64,000 nt of DNA from an uncultured Gemmatimonadales bacterium (GTDB lineage Bacteria; Gemmatimonadota; Gemmatimonadetes; Gemmatimonadales; GWC2-71-9), in contig CAWJIM010000003.1 in NCBI GenBank assembly GCA_963842945.1, forward strand, positions 129,103 to 193,102, read 5' to 3'. Under the pieces are notes generated by a model, which was given only the letters and a program-made list of their open reading frames with translations, did not search any database and had not been told where the DNA came from. Position 1 is the first letter of the stretch; each line of letters opens with the position of its first letter. A program made the translations under genes and the position numbers. This document shows, piece after piece, positions 19,976-28,695 of this stretch.

Positions 19976-20574
19976 GACCCCTCTAAGCCTCCTGTAATCG
20001 GCGACTTGGCGGTTCTCGAACAACGGCTTAGCCCAGTCCCGCGGCATCACTATGGCACTGAATGCTGCCTTCCGCTTGCAGCCATTTTGCGGGTACATAC
20101 CTGGGTTCAGCGGCGCCTGAGGAGTGGGATGGAATTGTTTCATTACGCTGACATGAGCTGGTCGAATCTCAATCCGCAGCGCGGCCTCGCCCGGGAAAAG
20201 CCGTGGCCCGACCCTATGTGGTGGCGCAGACCCAGCCGGCAGCAACATTCCATTCCCCATCCTTCCCTGTCTTTCCGTCTTCACTTTCTACACCAGCTTC
20301 GCGCGACCAGCCCTCGTGTGCCGGATCGCGCCCCCGAATCCATCCGGCAAACCCCGCTCCGGCGTATATGGTGCAGGGCCGCGACCGTGTTTCGCCGGTG
20401 GATGCTCCCGACAGTCGAGCGCGGGCCTCCAGGCCACGCAGCGTTTGAACGTCGGCTGTAGTCCTGGCCCGGGCCGGCTCTCGAGGGATGCAAGGCCTTT
20501 CGCCGCCCGACCTGTCTGCTAGACGAAGCACCGATGGAGCAGTAGAGAATCACCCTTTTCCCTGAGGTCAGATT

Positions 20575-22389
20575 ATGAACCATGTTGCGCAGAAGGTGGT
20601 GTCTGGCGGACTCGCTGCGGGGCTTTCCATCGCCGTAGCACTGTCGGCCAGCGCCCAACAGGCGCGGTCCGGTGCTTGGACCTACGATGCGCCCGAGGGC
20701 GAATGGCACATGACCGGTCGGGATTACAGCTTGCAGCGGTTCAGCCCGCTCAAGCAGATCACGACCTCCAACGTGGCCGAGCTCCGGCCGGTCTGGTCGT
20801 TCTCGACCGGGACGCTTCGGGGACACGAGGGCAACCCCCTCGTGATCGGCAACGTGATGTACGTCCACACGTCCTTCCCGAACATCGTGTACGCGCTCGA
20901 TCTGTCCAAGGCCGGCGCGCCGCAGATCTGGAAGTACGTGCCCAACCAGTCGCCGGATGCAATTCCAATCGCCTGTTGCGACCTGGTGAACCGAGGCACC
21001 GCCTACCACAAGAGCGGCAAGATCTTCATCCAGCTGCTGCAGGGTGAGCTGCTCGCGCTCGATGCCAAGACCGGCAAAGAGCTGTGGAAGGCCAAGAACG
21101 CCGACTACAAGCAGGGCAGCACCATGACCAACGCCCCCATCGTGATCAAGGACCTCGTCATTGCAGGCATTTCGGGCGGTGAGTTCGGCGTCCGGGGCCG
21201 GGTGACGGCGTACAATGTGAACGACGGGAAGGAAGTCTGGCGCGGCTACAGCACCGGTCCGGACAGCGAAGTGCTCATTTCCGGCGACGCCAATGCCAAC
21301 TATCCGTCCCACAAGGGCAAGGATCTGGGCGTCTCCACCTGGCAGGGCGATGAGTGGAAGCGGGGCGGCGGCACCACCTGGGGTTGGTATTCCTATGACC
21401 CCGAGCTGAACCTCTTCTATTACAGCACCGGTAACCCGGGCACCTGGAACCCTGATCAGCGCCCCGGAGACAACAAGTGGTCGATGACCATCTTCGCCCG
21501 TAACCCGGACAACGGGCAGGTGAAGTGGGCCTATCAGATGACCCCCCACGATGAGTGGGACTATGACGGTGTGAACGAGAACGTGCTGTTCGAGAGTGGC
21601 GGCAAGAAGCTGCTGGCGCACTTCGACCGGAACGGCTTCGGCTACACCCTCGATCGCACCAACGGCAAGGTCCTGGTGGCGCAGCCCTACGGTCCGGTCA
21701 ACTGGGCCAAGCGGGTCGATTTGACCACCGGCGTGCCGGAGAAGGATCCGAAGTATGGCACCACCGCGAAGAAGAACACCGAGGGCATCTGCCCCGCGGC
21801 GATCGGCTTCAAGGATCAGCAGCCGGCAGCGTTCTCGCCGATAACCGGCTACTTCTACGTCCCGGCAAACCACATCTGCATGGACTATGAAGGCGTCGAA
21901 GTGAAGTACACCGCCGGTCAGCCGTACGTTGGCGCGATCGTGCGGATGTTCCCCGGCCCCGGCGGACACCGTGGCAATTTCATTGCCTGGGATCCGATGA
22001 AGGGCAAGGCCGTGTGGCAGAACAAGGAGAACCTCGCGGCGTACGGCGGGGCCCTGACCACGGCCGGTGGGTTGGTCTTCTACGGCACCATGGAAGGCTG
22101 GCTCAAGGCACTCGATGCCAAGACGGGCAAGGCGTTGTGGCAGTACAAGACCCCGTCGGGCATCATCGGCAACCCGATGACCTATAACGCTCCCGATGGC
22201 CAGCAGTATGTGGCCGTGCTCTCGGGCATCGGCGGCTGGGCCGGTATCGGCGTGGCTGCGGGCATTGGCGCCGAAGATCCGACTGCCGGACTGGGCGCGC
22301 TCGGCGCGTTCGGTGACGCGGGCAACTTCAGCACCCAGGGTGGCGTGCTGACCGTGTTCGGGCTGAAGAACATGGCCCCGGGCAAGTAA
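20575..22389 (+). CDS. xoxF: Lanthanide-dependent PQQ methanol dehydrogenase
   Basis: Signal peptide, ACCDLVNRG vicinal disulfide, GGEFGVRG, TGNPGTWN, and HDEWDYDGVNE with the extra Asp diagnostic of Ln binding. Confidence 0.93.
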   Translation: MNHVAQKVVSGGLAAGLSIAVALSASAQQARSGAWTYDAPEGEWHMTGRDYSLQRFSPLKQITTSNVAELRPVWSFSTGTLRGHEGNPLVIGNVMYVHTSFPNIVYALDLSKAGAPQIWKYVPNQSPDAIPIACCDLVNRGTAYHKSGKIFIQLLQGELLALDAKTGKELWKAKNADYKQGSTMTNAPIVIKDLVIAGISGGEFGVRGRVTAYNVNDGKEVWRGYSTGPDSEVLISGDANANYPSHKGKDLGVSTWQGDEWKRGGGTTWGWYSYDPELNLFYYSTGNPGTWNPDQRPGDNKWSMTIFARNPDNGQVKWAYQMTPHDEWDYDGVNENVLFESGGKKLLAHFDRNGFGYTLDRTNGKVLVAQPYGPVNWAKRVDLTTGVPEKDPKYGTTAKKNTEGICPAAIGFKDQQPAAFSPITGYFYVPANHICMDYEGVEVKYTAGQPYVGAIVRMFPGPGGHRGNFIAWDPMKGKAVWQNKENLAAYGGALTTAGGLVFYGTMEGWLKALDAKTGKALWQYKTPSGIIGNPMTYNAPDGQQYVAVLSGIGGWAGIGVAAGIGAEDPTAGLGALGAFGDAGNFSTQGGVLTVFGLKNMAPGK

Positions 22390-22404
22390 GCAATTCCTTG
22401 TCCT

Positions 22405-22440
22405 GGTGAAAGGCCGGACTTTTCGTTCCGGCCTTTTACC
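22405..22440 (+). terminator. Stem-loop or intrinsic terminator after xoxF
   Basis: GGTGAAAGGCCGGA pairs with TCCGGCCTTTTACC; a second hairpin lies at ~22460-22500. Confidence 0.7.
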
Positions 22441-22567
22441 CGGATAAATTGCAGAAGTGAGAGACGGCGCCGGGGTGCTGTTCGCTCCGGGGCCGTTCTC
22501 ATTTATATGGGGATGGCGCCGGCCGCACCCCGCTGTCCGGAGCACCCCAACTCAGATGGGGTTTGCC

Positions 22568-23497
22568 ATGCATCGACCGTCGAAAAGGTGGTACCGCGGA
22601 GCCCTGCTGGCGATCCTGGTTGCGCCTCTGCTCTCGGCGACGGCCTCAGCCCAGCGGCCGGCACCACTCACGCCGGGATTGCTCCGGGTCTGCGCCGATA
22701 TGGACAACCTGCCCTTCTCCAACCAGAAGGGAGAAGGTTATGAGAACAAGATCGCCGAGCTGATCGCCGGCGAGTGGCATTCCCGCCTGGAGTACACCTG
22801 GTGGCCGATTCGTCGGGGGTACTACCGGATGCTGAACGGCACCTATTGCGATCTGGTGATCGAGTCGCCGGTCGGAGTGGACCAGGCCGGAGCGACCAAG
22901 CCCTACTACCGGTCGGGATACATGTTCCTCTCCCGCCGGGGCAGCGGGCTGGAGACCATCAATTCACTCGCCGACCCCCGGCTTAAGAAACTGAAGATCG
23001 GCGTCAATCTGTTCGTCTCAACCGATGGGGAGCACTCGCCCCCTGAAATGGCGCTCAGCCGTTACGGGGTGGTCGGTAACCTCGTGGGATACAGCGTGGC
23101 GTACGATGACAGCACTCGCCCGGAAGACATCATCAACGCCGTGGCCAAGAAGGACGTGGACCTGGCCATCGTCTGGGGGCCGCAGGCCGGGTACTTCGTC
23201 AAGAAGTCTGCGGTACCCTTGGTGCTGACGCCGCTGGCCACGGAAGTCGATTCGGCAACCGGCTATCCCATGAGCTACAACATCGGCATGGCGGTTCGCC
23301 GCCGGGACCATGAGTTCCGGGACAGCCTGCAGACCCTGCTGGACCGCAAACATTCCGAGATCCTGGGCATCCTCAAGCAGTACGGAGTCCCCGCCTTCCC
23401 GGTCAAGGAGAGCAAGGGGGACGACGACGACGGTCCCAAGACCTCGGCTCCCCCGCCGGGCCCGCCTTCGGACTCGACTCGCGCTTCGAAGCCATAG
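22568..23497 (+). CDS. xoxJ: MxaJ/XoxJ-type periplasmic substrate-binding protein
   Basis: LRVCADMDNLPFSN..GEGYENKIA, TKPYYRSGY, AIVWGPQAGYF and IGMAVRR motifs; follows xoxF. Confidence 0.9.
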   Translation: MHRPSKRWYRGALLAILVAPLLSATASAQRPAPLTPGLLRVCADMDNLPFSNQKGEGYENKIAELIAGEWHSRLEYTWWPIRRGYYRMLNGTYCDLVIESPVGVDQAGATKPYYRSGYMFLSRRGSGLETINSLADPRLKKLKIGVNLFVSTDGEHSPPEMALSRYGVVGNLVGYSVAYDDSTRPEDIINAVAKKDVDLAIVWGPQAGYFVKKSAVPLVLTPLATEVDSATGYPMSYNIGMAVRRRDHEFRDSLQTLLDRKHSEILGILKQYGVPAFPVKESKGDDDDGPKTSAPPPGPPSDSTRASKP

Positions 23498-23533
23498 CTG
23501 CCACTTCCTCTCTGAAAGGACCGAACTTCCAGC

Positions 23534-23950
23534 ATGGCCAGACTCCGCGTAGTCCTCGGGATCGCCGTCACGCTCTGTGCTTTCACCTCGAGGCTGCGGG
23601 CCCAGGAGCTTCGGGACCAGTACCATCAGGCACCCAGAGACACCGTTGCCCAGGAGGTGTACGACGGTTGGAAGCAGTTCAACCTCAACTGCGCCCGCTG
23701 TCATGGGGAAGACGTTCAGGGGACTACGATCGCGCCCCACCTGATCGTGTCGCTCAAGCCGGATGGCCCGATCAACACCAAGGAGCTTTTCATCCAGACG
23801 GTCTGCGCTGGACGGCCCGCCAAAGGCATGCCCTCCTGGTGCGCTCTGGGAATGGAAATGCCGACCATCGAGAAGATCTACGCCTACGTCAAAGGCCGGA
23901 GCGACGCCAAGATCGGCCCCGGCCGACCGGCGGTGAAGACCGGGACTTAG
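23534..23950 (+). CDS. xoxG: Class I cytochrome c, probable XoxF electron acceptor (XoxG-like)
   Basis: Signal peptide, CARCH, distal GMPSW, IYAYVKGRSD; operon position. Confidence 0.75.
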   Translation: MARLRVVLGIAVTLCAFTSRLRAQELRDQYHQAPRDTVAQEVYDGWKQFNLNCARCHGEDVQGTTIAPHLIVSLKPDGPINTKELFIQTVCAGRPAKGMPSWCALGMEMPTIEKIYAYVKGRSDAKIGPGRPAVKTGT

Positions 23951-23952
23951 AG

Positions 23953-25233
23953 ATGACTCGTGGCTTGACTGGTGCTGGTCGCCTGCTGCTGCTGACCCTG
24001 GCCACGATCTGCTCGCCCATATCCGCGGAGGCTCAGCAGCGGCAGGAACCCCTCGCGTCCTACCCCGTCGCCTTCTATGGCAAGGGCGCCAATTCACTGG
24101 AAAAGAACGACGGCCAGGTCGCCACCACGACCGACAGCATTCTCCGCTCCGATCTCCAAGCCTCAGGACGCTTCCGGCTCATTCCTTCAGAGCAGCTATC
24201 CGGCGCGCTCTCGGACACCGCCAAGGCCGGCGCGGAGTGCGTCAGCCTCGACTGCCGCCAGGCGATCAGCCGCAAATTGGGAGCTGTGTGGATGGTGACC
24301 ACGAAGCTCAGCAAGACCAGCAATCTGATCTGGTATCTGTCCGGTCAACTTACCGATGTGCGGAGTGGACGGCGGCTTCTGGATGATGAGTTCGAGCTGA
24401 AGGGAATCGCGGAGGACATCGCGAAGGGGGGAGCGCATTCCTTGGCCCGCCGCATTGTGGCTGCCGTCGAGAAAGCCGCTTCCCCCGCCAAGACGGCAAC
24501 CCGGCTCGATTCCAAGACGGTCAGGGCCCGGCTGGCAGCCGCCACCGACAGCAGTCCACCGGATCTCAGCAAGACCGACCTCAGTGGGCTGGACCTGAAC
24601 GGTGTCGATTTCAAACGGGCCAACCTGACCGGTGCCCGGCTGGTGGGGACCAAGCTGGCCGGAGCGAATCTGTTCACCGTCGATCTCACCGACGCAGTCC
24701 TGGCCAACGCCGATCTGAGCCGGGCCAACCTCGATGGAACGGTGCTACGCCGAGCCAACTTCCAGGGCGCCAACCTGGAAGGGGCCAGCCTCTTCGCTAC
24801 GATCGTCGAGTCGGCCAATCTGGCCAACGCCAATCTTTCCGGCGCCCGGATCATCGGCTACCTCCGGGGAGCCAAGCTGGGAGGCGCCAGTCTGCGCCAC
24901 GCCAATGCCGGCGCCGATCCAGGCAATCAGTCTATGGGGGTCATGCGAGCCACCTTCGTAGGGGCTGACCTGAGCGGAGCAGATCTGTCCGACGCGAATC
25001 TCTTCAAGGCCGACCTCTCCCATGCCAATCTGACCAACGCAAAACTGGTCCGAACCAATCTCATGAACGCGGACCTGATCCAGACCGATCTGACACGAGC
25101 CGATCTGACCGGGGCCAAGCTGGCCAAGGCGAACATCGACGAGGCCGACTTTAGCCAGGCGGTGGGGATCGATCGGATCGAGGGACTGGATCAGGCCCGC
25201 AACCGGGAAAAGGCAAACTTTGATGCGAAATGA
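23953..25233 (+). CDS. Secreted DUF3280/DUF2380-like domain fused to pentapeptide repeats
   Basis: Signal peptide; ECVSLDC and SKTSNLIW in the N-terminal domain; >30 A(D/N)Lxx repeats with a DPGNQSMG.MR insert. Confidence 0.75.
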   Translation: MTRGLTGAGRLLLLTLATICSPISAEAQQRQEPLASYPVAFYGKGANSLEKNDGQVATTTDSILRSDLQASGRFRLIPSEQLSGALSDTAKAGAECVSLDCRQAISRKLGAVWMVTTKLSKTSNLIWYLSGQLTDVRSGRRLLDDEFELKGIAEDIAKGGAHSLARRIVAAVEKAASPAKTATRLDSKTVRARLAAATDSSPPDLSKTDLSGLDLNGVDFKRANLTGARLVGTKLAGANLFTVDLTDAVLANADLSRANLDGTVLRRANFQGANLEGASLFATIVESANLANANLSGARIIGYLRGAKLGGASLRHANAGADPGNQSMGVMRATFVGADLSGADLSDANLFKADLSHANLTNAKLVRTNLMNADLIQTDLTRADLTGAKLAKANIDEADFSQAVGIDRIEGLDQARNREKANFDAK

Positions 25234-26323
25234 TACCAGCACAGCGAGCCTCATCCTGCTCGGCGTCGCCGTATTTCTCACCGGGTGCAAGGAACAGCCG
25301 GCCCTGGGCGGAAGGGCTGATACGGCAGCAGAGACGTCGTCGCCATCCACATCCGGCGGGGAGCTGGCCTATGTCACCAACGAGGATTCCCAGAATCTGA
25401 CCGTCATCGACACACGTACTGATAGTGTGGTGGCAACCATTCCGGTCGGCACTCGGCCTCGCGGCGTCAAGGTCAGCCCTGACGGAAGGACGGTGTACGT
25501 GGCGCTCAGCGGATCTCCCAAGTGTCCTCCCAGCATGCCGGACGAGGAGTGCGAAAAGCTGAAGTCGGATAAGACGAAGGACGGCATCGCAGTGGTCGAT
25601 GTGGCGGCTCGCCGGGTCGCGCGGGTTTTGCCGGGCGGCTCCGATCCCGAGCAGTTCGACATCAGCAACGATGGGAAACGGCTCTATATCTCGAATGAAG
25701 ATGCCGGGACGGCGTCGATCGTGGATGTCGAGAAGGGCACCATTGAGACGACGGTCAAGGTGGGAGCGGAGCCTGAGGGCGTTCGCATCAGTCCCGATGG
25801 TAAGCTGGTGTACGTTACGGCCGAGAGCGACACCTCGATTCGGGTGCTGGACGCCGAAACCGGCGCCGCGAAAGGCCGAATCAAGGTGGACCGGCGGCCG
25901 AGAGACGTCGCCTTCTCACCCGATGGCAAGCGGGCGTACGCCACCGCCGAAGTTGGTGGCACCGTCTCCGTAATCGATGTCCCCAACAATCGTGTTCTGG
26001 CCACCATCAAGCTGCCGCAGGATGCCAAGCCTATGGGGGTGCGATTTTCGCCTGATGGCAACCGGGTCTACGTCGCGACCGGCCGTGGTGGTACGGTGGT
26101 CGTCATCGATCCCACAACCAATCAAATCACCGGGTCGGTCAAGGTCGGGCAGCGGCCCTGGGGTCTCGCCCTTACCCGGGACGGGAAAAAACTCTACACC
26201 GCGAACGGCCCCTCCAACGATGTGAGCGTGGTGGATACCGGCAAGCTGGCGGTGATCGCCACCGTGCCTGTGGGCAAGATCCCCTGGGGCGTGGCAATCG
26301 GGCCCACACCGGCGCGGGAATGA
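25220..26323 (+). CDS. YVTN beta-propeller lipoprotein (PQQ-catabolism-associated type)
   Basis: Lipobox LTGC; about 7 YVTN/V.VG..P.GV..SPDG repeats. Confidence 0.88.
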   Translation: MMRNDTSTASLILLGVAVFLTGCKEQPALGGRADTAAETSSPSTSGGELAYVTNEDSQNLTVIDTRTDSVVATIPVGTRPRGVKVSPDGRTVYVALSGSPKCPPSMPDEECEKLKSDKTKDGIAVVDVAARRVARVLPGGSDPEQFDISNDGKRLYISNEDAGTASIVDVEKGTIETTVKVGAEPEGVRISPDGKLVYVTAESDTSIRVLDAETGAAKGRIKVDRRPRDVAFSPDGKRAYATAEVGGTVSVIDVPNNRVLATIKLPQDAKPMGVRFSPDGNRVYVATGRGGTVVVIDPTTNQITGSVKVGQRPWGLALTRDGKKLYTANGPSNDVSVVDTGKLAVIATVPVGKIPWGVAIGPTPARE

Positions 26324-26817
26324 TTGCCGGCCGCTGGCTCGCTGCGGCAGCGCTGTCCCTCCTGATGGCGGCAGACGGTTCAGGGCCGGTTCCCAATGCA
26401 TTTCGATTTGAGTTGAATGCCACCCCTGAGCTGCACCGGCTCTGGGAGACCAGCTCCGCCGCCAAAGCCGAACGGGTGGCCTGTCTCGCGGCCACCCTCG
26501 AAGGCGATACCGTGCGGATCTCCCGGGTGGTGCCACTCGAATCGGGTCGCTCGGACTCGCTGGGGATCTCCGCGACGCCCTCGCTGGACACCTGCGGTCC
26601 GCCCGAGTGGCGAGGGACCGTCCACACCCATGTCGCACTGAAAGACGGACAGCGCCCCTACTCTCTCTTCTCCGGCGCCGATCGCGGGGTGATGATGCTG
26701 TGGTGGAGACGGTGGAGCGTGGCCGGCGTCTTCTGCCTGCTGTATAGCCCCAATGAGGTAATCTGCGAGATCGAAGGCCCCGATGGCGCGGTGATCTTTC
26801 CGCGCTCGCGCTATTGA
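26320..26817 (+). CDS. Secreted hypothetical protein with JAMM/MPN+-like motif, paralogue 1
   Basis: Signal peptide; ERVACL...GTVHTH-x13-SGAD; ATGA overlap with the upstream gene. Confidence 0.7.
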   Translation: MIAGRWLAAAALSLLMAADGSGPVPNAFRFELNATPELHRLWETSSAAKAERVACLAATLEGDTVRISRVVPLESGRSDSLGISATPSLDTCGPPEWRGTVHTHVALKDGQRPYSLFSGADRGVMMLWWRRWSVAGVFCLLYSPNEVICEIEGPDGAVIFPRSRY

Positions 26818-27335
26818 TGCGATCTCTGCTTCCCATCACGGCGGTGGTGTTTGTGGCGGCTGCCGCCGCCTCCCACGCCAGCGCTCAGACCGGGCGCGCT
26901 CCCCACGGGACATTTCGATTCAGTCACGAGGCCGGAACCGGGCTTCAGGCGCTATGGCAGGAGAGCCTGGCTGCTAGAGAGGAGCGGGTGGCCTGTCTGG
27001 CCAGCACCATCCGAAACGACACCGTCTTCGTCACTCGAATTTCCATGGTCAAGTCCGACGAGGCGGACTCCCTCGGCATTTCCGCCACGGCATCGGTGGA
27101 GCAGTGCGGTCCGCCGGTCTGGTCGGGAACGGTTCACACCCACATCGCTCTGTACTCCGACAGCTTGCCGTCCGCCAGGTTCTCGGCGCAGGATAGAACC
27201 GCCATGCGCCTCTGGTACGATCGTTGGCATGCGGATGGGGTCTTCTGTCTGATCTATAGCGCTCGGGACGCCCACTGCGAGGCGGATGGGGTGGTCGGTG
27301 GCATGCGCTCGCAGCCGCGGGTGGTCAACGAGTAG
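26817..27335 (+). CDS. Secreted hypothetical protein with JAMM/MPN+-like motif, paralogue 2
   Basis: Signal peptide ending ASA-Q; ERVACL...GTVHTH-x13-SAQD; TGATG overlap with paralogue 1. Confidence 0.7.
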   Translation: MRSLLPITAVVFVAAAAASHASAQTGRAPHGTFRFSHEAGTGLQALWQESLAAREERVACLASTIRNDTVFVTRISMVKSDEADSLGISATASVEQCGPPVWSGTVHTHIALYSDSLPSARFSAQDRTAMRLWYDRWHADGVFCLIYSARDAHCEADGVVGGMRSQPRVVNE

Positions 27336-27355
27336 CTCGCGGTCCGGCAGATTTC

Positions 27356-28069
27356 CTACATTGGGCGTCGCTCGGGCTCGTCGGGATTGTCGACACATCC
27401 CGGCACGGTGCGGCCGTCGCTGGCTTCGGGTGCACGCTGAACGCCGGTACGATCAGCCTGGATTCGTGTCGCCACCAGATCGAAACAGAACGTCACCTTG
27501 TCGGCCACTTTCACGGTACCCGCTGGCCCTCCGCTGAATGGCTTGATCCCGAAATCGGTCTGTTTGGCGACGAAGCTCCCGCCTGCTCTGATGGTGTCTC
27601 TGCCGATCCGGACGTCCGCCGTCACCGGCAACGTTCGGGTTTTTCCCTCCATGGTAACGTCGAGTCGCATTTGCATCTTTCCGCTCTTCGCATCGAGCGA
27701 GTCAGCGACGAAGGTCATCTTCGGGTACTTATCAACGTGCAGCACTTCGGTCCGCATGGCCGCGGTGACCTTCCGGATCTCGGCCGTATCAGGCGGAGTG
27801 AGCACCTCCAAGCTGTCGGTCGGGACCTTGAGCGAGAGGTGAGAAGTGGGCTGGCCTGGATGGTAGACCAGGGCGCCCGTAACCGAGCGGGCGCGAATCA
27901 CATGGGCGTGGCCGGCAAAGCTGAAGAGGCCCGCCTTCCCGGTCTTCACCACTAATCGACTGCTTGGATCGACGTGGTAGACCACGGAGTCGGCCTGGGC
28001 CTGGGCACTCAGCGCGTCCTGGGCGAGTCCCAGGAAGAGGGGTGCGAGCAATAGGGTTCGGGTGAGCAT
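27356..28069 (-). CDS. YceI family periplasmic protein
   Basis: V.TGKAGLFSFAGHAH, VLHVDKYP.MTF and KQTDFGIKPFS motifs. Confidence 0.85.
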   Translation of the reverse strand: MLTRTLLLAPLFLGLAQDALSAQAQADSVVYHVDPSSRLVVKTGKAGLFSFAGHAHVIRARSVTGALVYHPGQPTSHLSLKVPTDSLEVLTPPDTAEIRKVTAAMRTEVLHVDKYPKMTFVADSLDAKSGKMQMRLDVTMEGKTRTLPVTADVRIGRDTIRAGGSFVAKQTDFGIKPFSGGPAGTVKVADKVTFCFDLVATRIQADRTGVQRAPEASDGRTVPGCVDNPDEPERRPM

Positions 28070-28088
28070 TGACGTCCGCCGTTACTTA

Positions 28089-28634
28089 CTACGAGATCGG
28101 CCGCCGAGTCAGGAACGAGCCAGGTCTACGGCGCGCCAACCAACCATCCAGACCCCACGTCCGTCCTGCCCGGGCAAAGAAGAATGCCAGCATCAGGAAG
28201 AAGAGCACCAGGTGGAATCCCTGCTGCCCGGGAGACATCCACTGAGTGGCCAACCCATAGTTGATCACCAGGATCAGACCGACCACCGAGGCCAGTCCCG
28301 TCAGCAGTCCCAGGGTAAGACCAAGTCCGGCCGCAGTCTCGCCCCAGGCGGTGAGCTGGGCGAAGACGCTGCTGTGGGGAATTACCGTCCCCTCGAGAAA
28401 GTGCTTGTAGAAGTTGAGTGGATTGTCGGACGCCTGCTTGGCCACAATCTTGGGCATCACCGCCAGCCAACGTTCGCTCACGGCCGGAAACGGCAGCACC
28501 CCACCGAGAAGCAGGATGCTCATCTTGGTGACCAGAGACTTCACGAAGTACAGTCCAACCACGATTCTCAGCAGCGCCAGCCACTCGGCTGGGCGAAACA
28601 TGGTGACGGTGGCCGACGTTGATCGCTGAGCCAT
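28089..28634 (-). CDS. DoxX family membrane protein
   Basis: LLRIVVGLYF, GE...GLGLTLGLLT and AGRTWGLD motifs. Confidence 0.82.
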   Translation of the reverse strand: MAQRSTSATVTMFRPAEWLALLRIVVGLYFVKSLVTKMSILLLGGVLPFPAVSERWLAVMPKIVAKQASDNPLNFYKHFLEGTVIPHSSVFAQLTAWGETAAGLGLTLGLLTGLASVVGLILVINYGLATQWMSPGQQGFHLVLFFLMLAFFFARAGRTWGLDGWLARRRPGSFLTRRPIS

Positions 28635-28695
28635 GGTTGTGAGGCCCTGGTGAGGGTGCACGATCCGAGTTGTATCTTGGAGCTCCAGCTCCCAG

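Noticed and set aside
20042..20057. GG-N10-GC sigma-54-like motif CGGCATCACTATGGCA
   Set aside because: The -12 box lacks TTGC and the match is too weak in GC-rich DNA
20006..20461. 151-aa ORF, or a pqqA-like peptide, upstream of xoxF
   Set aside because: Composition is not protein-like and I found no ExxxY PqqA motif; a small ORF cannot be fully excluded
20575..22389. Calcium-dependent MxaF
   Set aside because: It has DYD rather than DYA, and no mxaI or mxaACKL genes are present
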